DNA of 64,000 nt, from assembly GCF_009914755.1 (NCBI RefSeq), contig NC_060939.1; one strand, given 5' to 3'. Source of the DNA: the human T2T-CHM13v2.0 reference genome, Homo sapiens. A program made the position numbers and the translations under genes. The notes under the pieces were generated by a model. It saw only the letters and a program-made list of their open reading frames with translations, was not told the origin of the DNA and made no database searches. Positions 39,265 through 52,640 of the stretch are shown here, one piece after another (position 1 is the stretch's first letter; each line of letters opens with the position of its first letter).

Positions 39265-41779
39265 CCATTCGATTCCATTCCATTCGATTCCATTCCATAC
39301 TATTGCATTCCATTCGATTACATGATATTCGAATAAGTTCCATTCAAGACCATTTCTTTTGAGTCCATTCTATTTGAGTCCATTCCCTTTGATTCCATAA
39401 CATTTGAGTCCATTCAATTCCATTCCTTTCGTTTCCATTCCATTTGATGCCATTCCATTCAATTCTGTTCTACTCGACTCCAATACATTCAATTCCATTC
39501 CATCCGATTCCATTACATTCTTTTCATTTCTTATCCATTTCAAGCCATTCCACTCCATTCCATTCCACTCGTTTCCTTTCCATTCGAGTCCATTCCTCTC
39601 CAGTCCATTCCGTTCAATCCATTCCATTCCAGTCCATTCCATTCGAGTCCGTTCCATTCCAGTCCATTCCATTCGAGTCAATTCCATCCCATTCGATGTC
39701 TTTCCATAACGATCCATTCCATTCTATTCCTTTCGATTCCATTCCATTCTATTTCATTCCATTCGATTCCCTTCCATTGGACTCCTTTCCATTCGAGTGC
39801 ATTCCATTCCGTTCCATTTCTTTCCGTTCTGCACGATTCCTTCCGTTCGATTTCATTTTGTTCCTGTCCATTCCTTTCGCGTCCATTCCATTCCATTTCA
39901 CTCCATTCGATTCCATTCCACTCGATTCCACTTCGTTCCATTTCATTGCATTCTATTCTATTCAACTCTATTGCCTTCCTTTCCATTCCATTCGATTACA
40001 TTCCATGCGATTCCATTCGAAATCGAATCAATTACATTGCAATCCATTACTATTGAGTCCATTTTATTCCAGTCCACTGCATTCTGGTCCATTCCATTTG
40101 ATTCCATTCCATTCTATTCCATTCCATACAGTTGCATTCCATTGGATTCCATTCTATATCTATAAATTCAATTCGAGACCATTGCTTTTGAGTCCATTCT
40201 ATATGATTCCATTCCATTCAAGTCCATTACATTTGGTTCAATTCCATTCCATTCCATTCCCTTCCATTCCATTCCAGTTGATATCAATCCATTCGATTCC
40301 ATTCCATTCGAGCACATTCCATTCGAGTCCATTCCATTCGATGCCATTCCATTTGATTCTATTCCATTAGACTCCCTTCAATTCCATTAATCTCCATTCC
40401 ATTCCATTCTACTCCAACTGATTCCATTCCATTCTATTCCTTTCCATTCCATTTCATTCCATTCCATTCCATTTCATTCCATTCCATTCCATTCGCTTCC
40501 ATTCCATTCGTGTCCATTCCACTCCAGTCCATTCCATTCGTGTCCATTCCATTCCAGTCCATTCCATTTGTGTCCACTGCATTCCATTCCACTCCATTCC
40601 ATATTATTCCATTACACTCCATTCCATTCTATTACTTTCATTTCCATTCAATTCCATTCCATTTGATTCCACTCCACTCGGTTTCATTCCATTTGAGTCC
40701 ACTCCATTCCATTCCATTCCATTCCATTCAGTTCCATTCCATTCTGTTCCATTCCATTCCGTTCCATTGCATTGCATTCCATTCGGTACCATTCCATATT
40801 GTTCCATTCGATTCCATTCGAATCCATTCCATTCCAGTCCATTCCATTCGATTCCATTCCATTCCTTTCAATTCCATTCCATTCCATTCCATTCCACTTG
40901 ATTCCACTCCATTCCCTTCCACTGCATTCCATTCGATTCCATTCCATTGCATTGCATTCCATTCCATTGGACTGCATTCCATTCGATTCCATTCCATTCG
41001 AATCAATTACATAGCAATCCATTACATTCGAGTCTATTCTATTCCGTTCCATTCGATTTCGTTCCAATCCATTCGATTCCATTCCATTCGATTCCATTCC
41101 ATACTATTGCATTCCATTCTATTACATTATATTCGAATAAGTTCCATTCAAGACCATTTCTTTTGAGTCCATTCTATTTGAGTCCATTCCCTTTGAGTCC
41201 ATAACATTTGAGTCCATTCAATTCCATTCCTTTCGTTTCCATTCCATTTGAAGCCATTCCATTCAATTCTGTTCTACTCGACTCCAATACATTCAATTCC
41301 ATTCCATCCGATTCCATTACATTCTTTTCATTTCTTATCCATTTCAAGCCATTCCACTCCATTCCATTCCACTCGTTTCCTTTCCATTCGAGTCCATTCC
41401 TCTCCAGTCCATTCCATTCAATCCATTCCATTCCAGTCCATTCCATTCGAGTCCGTTCCATTCCAGTCCATTCCATTCGAGTCAATTCCATTCCATTCGA
41501 TGTCTTTCCATAACGATCCATTCCATTCTATTCCTTTCGATTCCATTCCATTCTATTTCATTCCATTCGATTCCCTTCCATTGGACTCCTTTCCATTCGA
41601 GTGCATTCCATTCCGTTCCATTTCTTTCCGTTCTGTACGATTCCTACCGTTTGATTTCATTTTGTTCCAGTCCATTCCTTTCGCGTCCATTCCATTCCAT
41701 TTCACTCCATTCGATTCCATTCCACTCGATTCCACTTCGTTCCATTTCATTGCATTCCATTCTATTCAACTCTATTGCC

Positions 41780-44700
41780 TTCCATTCCATTCCATTCGAT
41801 TACATTCCATGCGATTCCATTCGAAATCGAATCAATTACATTGCAATCCATAACTATTGAGTCCGTTTTATTCCAGTCCACTGCATTCTGGTCCATTCCA
41901 TTTGATTCCATTCCATTCTATTCCATTCCATACAGTTGCATTCCATTGGATTCCATGCTATATCTATAAATTCAATTCGAGACCATTGCTTTTGAGTCCA
42001 TTCTATATGATTCCATTCCATTCAAGTCCATTACATTTGGTTCAATTCCATTCCATTCCATTCCCTTCCATTCCATTCCAGTTGATATCAATCCATTCGA
42101 TTCCATTCCATTCGAGCACATTCCATTCGAGTCCATTCCATTCGATGCCATTCCATTTGATTCTATTCCATTAGTCTCCCTTCAATTCCATTAATCTCCA
42201 TTCCATTCCATTCTACTCCAACTGATTCCATTCCATTCTATTCCTTTCCATTCCATTTCATTCCATTCCATTCCATTTCATTCCATTCCATTCCATTCGC
42301 TTCCATTCCATTCGTGTCCATTCCACTCCAGTCCATTCCATTCGTGTCCATTCCATTCCAGTCCATTCCATTTGTGTCCACTGCATTCCATTCCACTCCA
42401 TTCCATATTATTCCATTACACTCCATTCCATTCTATTACTTTCATTTCCATTCAATTCCATTCCATATGATTCCACTCCACTCGGTTTCATTCCATTTGA
42501 GTCCACTCCATTCCATTCCATTCCATTCCATTCAGTTCCATTCCATTCTGTTCCATTCCATTCCGTTCCATTGCATTCCATTCCATTCGGTACCATTCCA
42601 TATTGTTCCATTCGATTCCATTCGAATCCATTCCATTCCAGTCCATTCCATTCGATTCCATTCCATTCCTTTCAATTCCATTCCATTCCATTCCATTCCA
42701 CTTGATTCCACTCCATTCCCTTCCACTGCATTCCATTCGATTCCATTCCTTTGCATTGCATTCCATTCCATTGGACTGCATTCCATTCGATTCCATTCCA
42801 TTCGAATCAATTACATAGCAATCCATTACATTCGAGTCTATTCTATTCCGTTCCATTCGATTTCGTTCCAATCCCTTCGATTCCATTCCATTCGATTCCA
42901 TTCCATACTATTGCATTCCATTCTATTACATTATATTCGAATAAGTTCCATTCAAGACCATTTCTTTTGAGTCCATTCTATTTGAGTCCATTCCCTTTGA
43001 TTCCATAACATTTGAGTCCATTCAATTCCATTCCTTTCGTTTCCATTCCATTTGAAGCCATTCCATTCAATTCTGTTCTACTCGACTCCAATACATTCAA
43101 TTCCATTCCATCCGATTCCATTACATTCTTTTCATTTCTTATCCATTTCAAGCCATTCCACTCCATTCCATTCCACTCGTTTCCTTTCCATTCGAGTCCA
43201 TTCCTCTCCAGTCCATTCCATTCAATCCATTCCATTCCAGTCCATTCCATTCGAGTCCGTTCCATTCCAGTCCATTCCATTCGAGTCAATTGCATCCCAT
43301 TCGATGTCTTTCCATAACGATCCATTCCATTCTATTCCTTTCGATTCCATTCCATTCTATTTCATTCCATTCGATTCCCTTCCATTGGACTCCTTTCCAT
43401 TCGAGTGCATTCCATTCCGTTCCATTTCTTTCCGTTCTGTACGATTCCTACCGTTCGATTTCATTTTGTTCCAGTCCATTCCTTTCGCGTCCATTCCATT
43501 CCATTTCACTCCATTCGATTCCATTCCACTCGATTCCACTTCGTTCCATTTCATTGCATTCCATTCTATTCAACTCTATTGCCTTCCATTCCATTCCATT
43601 CGATTACATTCCATGCGATTCCATTCGAAATCGAATCAATTACATTGCAATCCATTACTATTGAGTCCGTTTTATTCCAGTCCACTGCATTCTGGTCCAT
43701 TCCATTTGATTCCATTCCATTCTATTCCATTCCATACAGTTGCATTCCATTGGATTCCATGCTATATCTATAAATTCAATTCGAGACCATTGCTTTTGAG
43801 TCCATTCTATATGATTCCATTCCATTCAAGTCCATTACATTTGGTTAAATTCCATTCCATTCGGTTCAATTCCATTCCATTCCATTCCCTTCCATTCCAT
43901 TCCAGTTGATATCAATCCATTCGATTCCATTCCATTCGAGCACATTCCATTCGAGTCCATTCCATTCGATGCCTTTCCATTTGATTCTATTCCATTAGTC
44001 TCCATTCAATTCCATTAATCTCCATTCCATTCCATTCTACTCCAACTGATTCCATTCCATTCTATTCCTTTCCATTCCATTTCATTCCATTCCATTCCAT
44101 TCCATTCCATTCCATTCGCTTCCATTCCATTCGTGTCCATTCCACTCCAGTCCATTCCATTCGTGTCCATTCCATTCCAGTCCATTCCATTTGTGTCCAC
44201 TGCATTCCATTCCACTCCATTCCATATTATTCCATTACACTCCATTCCATTCTATTACTTTCATTTCCATTCAATTCTGTTCCATTTGATTCCATTCCAC
44301 TCGGTTTCATTCCATTTGAGTCCACTCCATTCCATTCCATTCCATTCCGTTCAGTTCCATTCCATTCTGTTCCATTCCATTCCGTTCCATTGCATTCCAT
44401 TCCATTCGGTACCATTCCACATTGTTCCATTCGATTCCATTCGAATCCATTCCATTCCAGTCCATTCCATTCGATTCCATTCCATTCCTTTCAATTCTAT
44501 TCCATTCCATTCCATTCCACTTGATTCCACTCCATTCCCTTCCACTGCATTCCATTCGATTCCATTCCATTGCATTGCATTCCATTCCATTGTACTGCAT
44601 TTCATTCGATTCCATTCCATTCGAATCAATTACATATCAATCCATTACATTCGGGTCTATTCTATTCCGTTCCATTCGATTTCATTCCAATCCATTCGAT

Positions 44701-47700
44701 TCCATTCCATACTATTGCATTCCATTCTATTACATTTTATTCGAATAAGTTCCATTCAAGACCATTTCTTTTGAGTCCATTCTATTTGAGTCCATTCTAT
44801 TTGAATCCATTCCCTTTGATTCCATAACATTTGAGTCCATTCAATTCCATTCCTTTCGTTTCCATTCCATTTGATGCCATTCCATTCAATTCTGTTCTAC
44901 TCGACTCCAATACATTCAATTCCATTCCATCCGATTCCATTACATTCTTTTCATTTCTTATCCATTTCAAGCCATTCCACTCCATTCCATTCCACTCGTT
45001 TCCTTTCCATTCGAGTCCATTCCTCTCCAGTCCATTCCGTTCAATCCATTCCATTCCAGTCCATTCCATTCGAGTCCGTTCCATTCCATTCCATTCCATT
45101 CGAGTCAATTCCATTCCATTCGATGTCTTTCCATAACGATCCATTCCATTCTATTCCTTTCGATTCCATTCCATTCTATTTCATTCCATTCGATTCCCTT
45201 CCATTGGACTCCTTTCCATTCGAGTGCATTCCATTCCGTTCCATTTCTTTCCGTTCTGTACGATTCCTACCGTTCGATTTCATTTTGTTCCAGTCCATTC
45301 CTTTCGCGTCCATTCCATTCCATTTCACTCCATTCGGTTCCATTCCACTCGATTCCACTTCGTTCCATTTCATTGCATTCCATTCTATTCAACTCTATTG
45401 CCTTCCATTCCATTCCATTCGATTACATTCCATGCGATTCCATTCGAAATCGAATCAATTACATTGCAATCCATTACTATTGAGTCCATTTTATTCCAGT
45501 CCACTGCATTCTGGTCCATTCCATTTGATTCCATTCCATTCTATTCCATTCCATACAGTTGCATTCCATTGGATTCCATTCTATATCTATAAATTCAATT
45601 CGAGACCATTGCTTTTGAATCCATTCCATATGATTCCATTCCATTCAAGTCCATTACATTTGGTTCAATTCCATTCCATTCCATTCCCTTCCATTCCATT
45701 CCAGTTGATATCAATCCATTCGATTCCATTCCATTCGAGCACATTCCATTGGAGTCCATTCCATTCGATGCCATTCCATTTGATTCTATTCCATTAGTCT
45801 CCATTCAATTCCATTAATCTCCATTCCATTCCATTCTACTCCAACTGATTCCATTCCATTCTATTCCTTTCCATTCCATTTCATTCCATTCCATTCCATT
45901 TCATTCCATTCCATTCCATTCGCTTCCATTCCATTCGTGTCCATTCCACTCCAGTCCATTCCATTCGTGTCCATTCCATTCCAGTCCATTCCATTTGTGT
46001 CCACTGCATTCCATTCCACTCCATTCCATATTATTCCATTACACTCCATTCCATTCTATTACTTTCATTTCCATTCAATTCCATTCCATTTGATTCCATT
46101 CCACTCGGTTTCATTCCATTTGAGTCCACTCCATTCCATTCCATTCCATTCCATTCACTTCCATTCCATTCCGTTCCATTCCATTCCGTTCCATTGCATT
46201 CCATTCCATTCGGTACCATTCCATATTGTTCCATTCGATTCCATTCGAATCCATTCCATTCCAGTCCATTCCATTCGATTCCATTCCATTCCTTTCAATT
46301 CCATTCCATTCCATTCCATTCCACTTGATTCCACTCCATTCCCTTCCACTGCATTCCATTCGATTCCATTCCATTGCATTGCATTCCATTCCATTGGACT
46401 GCATTCCATTCGATTCCATTCCATTCGAATCAATTACATAGCAATCCATTACATTCGGGTCTATTCTATTCCGTTCCATTCGATTTCGTTCCAATCCATT
46501 CGATTCCATTCCATTCGATTCCATTCCATACTATTGCATTCCATTCGATTACATTATATTCGAATAAGTTGCATTCAAGACCATTTCTTTTGAGTCCATT
46601 CTATTTGAGTCCATTCCCTTTGATTCCATAACATTTGAGTCCATTCAATTCCATTCCTTTCGTTTGCATTCCATTTGATGCCATTCCATTCAATTCTGTT
46701 CTACTCGACTCCAATACATTCAATTCCATTCCATCCGATTCCATTACATTCTTTTCATTTCTTATCCATTTCAAGCCATTCCACTCCATTCCATTCCACT
46801 CGTTTCCTTTCCATTCGAGTCCATTCCTCTCCAGTCCATTCCGTTCAATCCATTCCATTACAGTCCATTCCATTCGAGTCCGTTCCATTCCAGTCCAATC
46901 CATTCGAGTCAATTCCATCCCATTCGATGTCTTTCCATAACGATCCATTCCATTCTATTCCTTTCGATTCCATTCCATTCTATTTCATTCCATTCGATTC
47001 CCTTCCATTGGACTCCTTTCCATTCGAGTGCATTCCATTCCGTTCCATTTCTTTCCGTTCTGTACGATTCCTACCGTTCGATTTCATTTTGTTCCAGTCC
47101 ATTCCTTTCGCGTCCATTCCATTCCATTTCACTCCATTCGATTCCATTCCACTCGATTCCACTTCGTTCCATTTCATTGCATTCCATTCTATTCAACTCT
47201 ATTGCCTTCCATTCCATTCCATTCCATTACATTCCATGCGATTCCATTCGAAATCGAATCAATTACATTGCAATCCATTACTATTGAGTCCATTTTATTC
47301 CAGTCCACTGCATTCTGGTCCATTCCATTTGATTCCATTCCATTCTATTCCATTCCATACAGTTGCATTCCATTGGATTCCATTCTATATCTATAAATTC
47401 AATTCGAGACCATTGCTTTTGAGTCCATTCTATATGATTCCATTCCATTCAAGTCCATTACATTTGGTTCAAATCCATTCCATTCCATTCCCTTCCATTC
47501 CATTCCAGTTGATATCAATCCATTCGATTCCATTCCATTCGAGCACATTCCATTCGAGTCCATTCCATTCGATGCCATTCCATTTGATTCTATTCCATTA
47601 GTCTCCATTCAATTCCATTAATCTCCATTCCATTCCATTCTACTCCAACTGATTCCATTCCATTCTATTCCTTTCCATTCCATTTCATTCCATTCCATTC

Positions 47701-50700
47701 CATTCCATTCCATTCCATTCCATTCCATTCCATTCGCTTCCATTCCATTCGTGTCCATTCCACTCCAGTCCATTCCATTCGTGTCCATTCCATTCCAGTC
47801 CATTCCATTTGTGTCCACTGCATTCCATTCCACTCCATTCCATATTATTCCATTACACTCCATTCCATTCTATTACTTTCATTTCCATTCAATTCCGTTG
47901 CATTTGATTCCATTCCACACGGTTTCATTCCATTTGAGTCCACTCCATTCCATTCCATTCCATTCCGTTCAGTTCCATTCCATTCTGTTCCATTCCATTC
48001 CGTTCCATTGCATTACATTCCATTCGGTACCATTCCACATTGTTCCATTCGATTCCATTCGAATCCATTCCATTCCAGTCCATTCCATTCGATTCCATTC
48101 CATTCCTTTCAATTCTATTCCATTCCATTCCATTCCACTTGATTCCACTCCATTCCATTCCACTGCATTCCATTCGATTCCATTCCATTGCATTGCATTC
48201 CATTCCATTGGACTGCATTCCATTCGATTCCATTCCATTCGAATCAATTACATAGCAATCCATTACATTCGAGTCTATTCTATTCCGTTCCATTCGATTT
48301 CATTCCAATCCATTCGATTCCATTCCATACTATTGCATTCCATTCTATTACATTTTATTCGAATAAGTTCCATTCAAGACCATTTCTTTTGAGTCCATTC
48401 TATTTGAGTCCATTCTATTTGAATCCATTCCCTTTGATTCCATAACATTTGAGTCCATTCAATTCCATTCCTTTCGTTTCCATTCCATTTGATGCCATTC
48501 CATTCAATTCTGTTCTACTCGACTCCAATACATTCAATTCCATTCCATCCGATTCCATTACATTCTTTTCATTTCTTATCCATTTCAAGCCATTCCACTC
48601 CATTCCATTCCACTCGTTTCCTTTCCATTCGAGTCCATTCCTCTCCAGTCCATTCCGTTCAATCCATTCCATTCCAGTCCATTCCATTCGAGTCCGTTCC
48701 ATTCCATTCCATTCCATTCGAGTCAATTCCATTCCATTCGATGTCTTTCCATAACGATCCATTCCATTCTATTCCTTTCGATTCCATTCCATTCTATTTC
48801 ATTCCATTCGATTCCCTTCCATTGGACTCCTTTCCATTCGAGTGCATTCCATTCCGTTCCATTTCTTTCCGTTCTGTACGATTCCTACCGTTCGATTTCA
48901 TTTTGTTCCAGTCCATTCCTTTCGCGTCCATTCCATTCCATTTCACTCCATTCGGTTCCATTCCACTCGATTCCACTTCGTTCCATTTCATTGCATTCCA
49001 TTCTATTCAACTCTATTGCCTTCCATTCCATTCCATTCCATTACATTCCATGCGATTCCATTCGAAATCGAATCAATTACATTGCAATCCATTACTATTG
49101 AGTCCATTTTATTCCAGTCCACTGCATTCTGGTCCATTCCATTTGATTCCATTCCATTCTATTCCATTCCATACAGTTGCATTCCATTGGATTCCATTCT
49201 ATATCTATAAATTCAATTCGAGACCATTGCTTTTGAATCCATTCCATATGATTCCATTCCATTCAAGTCCATTACATTTGGTTCAATTCCATTCCATTCC
49301 ATTCCCTTCCATTCCATTCCAGTTGATATCAATCCATTCGATTCCATTCCATTCGAGCACATTCCATTGGAGTCCATTCCATTCGATGCCATTCCATTTG
49401 ATTCTATTCCATTAGTCTCCATTCAATTCCATTAATCTCCATTCCATTCCATTCTACTCCAACTGATTCCATTCCATTCTATTCCTTTCCATTCCATTTC
49501 ATTCCATTCCATTCCATTTCATTCCATTCCATTCGCTTCCATTCCATTCGTGTCCATTCCACTCCAGTCCATTCCATTCGTATCCATTCCATTCCAGTCC
49601 ATTCCATTTGTGTCCACTGCATTCCATTCCACTCCATTCCATATTATTCCATTACACTCCATTCCATTCTATTACTTTCATTTCCATTCAATTCCATTCC
49701 ATTTGATTCCATTCCACTCGGTTTCATTCCATTTGAGTCCACTCCATTCCATTCCATTCCATTCCATTCACTTCCATTCCATTCCGTTCCATTCCATTCC
49801 GTTCCATTGCATTCCATTCCATTCGGTACCATTCCATATTGTTCCATTCGATTCCATTCGAATCCATTCCATTCCAGTCCATTCCATTCGATTCCATTCC
49901 ATTCCTTTCAATTCCATTCCATTCCATTCCATTCCACTTGATTCCACTCCATTCCCTTCCACTGCATTCCATTCGATTCCATTCCATTGCATTGCATTCC
50001 ATTCCATTGGACTGCATTCCATTCGATTCCATTCCATTCGAATCAATTACATAGCAATCCATTACATTCGGGTCTATTCTATTCCGTTCCATTCGATTTC
50101 ATTCCAATCCATTCGATTCCATTCCATACTATTGCATTCCATTCTATTACATTTTATTCGAATAAGTTCCATTCAAGACCATTTCTTTTGAGTCCATTCT
50201 ATTTGAGTCCATTCTATTTGAATCCATTCCCTTTGATTCCATAACATTTGAGTCCATTCAATTCCATTCCTTTCGTTTCCATTCCATTTGATGCCATTCC
50301 ATTCAATTCTGTTCTACTCGACTCCAATACATTCAATTCCATTCCATCCGATTCCATTACATTCTTTTCATTTCTTATCCATTTCAAGCCATTCCACTGC
50401 ATTCCATTCCACTCGTTTCCTTTCCATTCGAGTCCATTCCTCTCCAGTCCATTCCGTTCAATCCATTCCATTCCAGTCCATTCCATTCGAGTCCGTTCCA
50501 TTCCATTCCATTCCATTCGAGTCAATTCCATTCCATTCGATGTCTTTCCATAACGATCCATTCCATTCTATTCCTTTCGATTCCATTCCATTCTATTTCA
50601 TTCCATTCGATTCCCTTCCATTGGACTCCTTTCCATTCGAGTGCATTCCATTCCGTTCCATTTCTTTCCGTTCTGTACGATTCCTACCGTTCGATTTCAT

Positions 50701-52640
50701 TTTGTTCCAGTCCATTCCTTTCGCGTCCATTCCATTCCATTTCACTCCATTCGGTTCCATTCCACTCGATTCCACTTCGTTCCATTTCATTGCATTCCAT
50801 TCTATTCAACTCTATTGCCTTCCATTCCATTCCATTCCATTACATTCCATGCGATTCCATTCGAAATCGAATCAATTACATTGCAATCCATTACTATTGA
50901 GTCCATTTTATTCCAGTCCACTGCATTCTGGTCCATTCCATTTGATTCCATTCCATTCTATTCCATTCCATACAGTTGCATTCCATTGGATTCCATTCTA
51001 TATCTATAAATTCAATTCGAGACCATTGCTTTTGAATCCATTCCATATGATTCCATTCCATTCAAGTCCATTACATTTGGTTCAATTCCATTCCATTCCA
51101 TTCCCTTCCATTCCATTCCAGTTGATATCAATCCATTCGATTCCATTCCATTCGAGCACATTCCATTGGAGTCCATTCCATTCGATGCCATTCCATTTGA
51201 TTCTATTCCATTAGTCTCCATTCAATTCCATTAATCTCCATTCCATTCCATTCTACTCCAACTGATTCCATTCCATTCTATTCCTTTCCATTCCATTTCA
51301 TTCCATTCCATTCCATTTCATTCCATTCCATTCCATTTCATTCCATTCCATTCCATTCGCTTCCATTCCATTCGTGTCCATTCCACTCCAGTCCATTCCA
51401 TTCGTGTCCATTCCATTCCAGTCCATTCCATTTGTGTCCACTGCATTCCATTCCACTCCATTCCATATTATTCCATTACACTCCATTCCATTCTATTACT
51501 TTCATTTCCATTCAATTCCATTCCATTTGATTCCATTCCACTCGGTTTCATTCCATTTGAGTCCACTCCATTCCATTCCATTCCATTCCTTTCACTTCCA
51601 TTCCATTCCGTTCCATTCCATTCCGTTCCATTGCATTCCATTCCATTCGGTACCATTCCATATTGTTCCATTCGATTCCATTCGAATCCATTCCATTCCA
51701 GTCCATTCCATTCGATTCCATTCCATTCCTTTCAATTCCATTCCATTCCATTCATTCCACTTGATTCCACTCCATTCCCTTCCACTGCATTCCATTCGAT
51801 TCCATTCCATTGCATTGCATTCCATTCCATTGGACTGCATTCCATTCGATTCCATTCCATTCGAATCAATTACATAGCAATCCATTACATTCGGGTCTAT
51901 TCTATTCCGTTCCATTCGATTTCGTTCCAATCCATTCGATTCCATTCCATTCGATTCCATTCCATACTATTGCATTCCATTCGATTACATTATATTCGAA
52001 TAAGTTGCATTCAAGACCATTTCTTTTGAGTCCATTCTATTTGAGTCCATTCCCTTTGATTCCATAACATTTGAGTCCATTCAATTCCATTCCTTTCGTT
52101 TGCATTCCATTTGATGCCATTCCATTCAATTCTGTTCTACTCGACTCCAATACATTCAATTCCATTCCATCCGATTCCATTACATTCTTTTCATTTCTTA
52201 TCCATTTCAAGCCATTCCACTCCATTCCATTCCACTCGTTTCCTTTCCATTCGAGTCCATTCCTCTCCAGTCCATTCCGTTCAATCCATTCCATTCCAGT
52301 CCATTCCATTCGAGTCCGTTCCATTCCAGTCCAATCCATTCGAGTAAATTCCATCCCATTCGATGTCTTTCCATAACGATCCATTCCATTCTATTCCTTT
52401 CGATTCCATTCCATTCTATTTCATTCCATTCGATTCCCTTCCATTGGACTCCTTTCCATTCGAGTGCATTCCATTCCGTTCCATTTCTTTCCGTTCTGTA
52501 CGATTCCTACCGTTCGATTTCATTTTGTTCCAGTCCATTCCTTTCGCGTCCATTGCATTCCATTTCACTCCATTCGATTCCATTCCACTCGATTCCACTT
52601 CGTTCCATTTCATTGCATTCCATTCTATTCAACTCTATTG
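41780..52640 (+). repeat. 6-unit higher-order block (~10.86 kb), copy 1
   Basis: The unit spacing series 1819,1804,1814,1799,1823 repeats as 1819,1804,1809,1799,1823, and private variants recur at +10,863/+10,858. Breakpoints are uncertain by about 80 bp. Confidence 0.95.
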
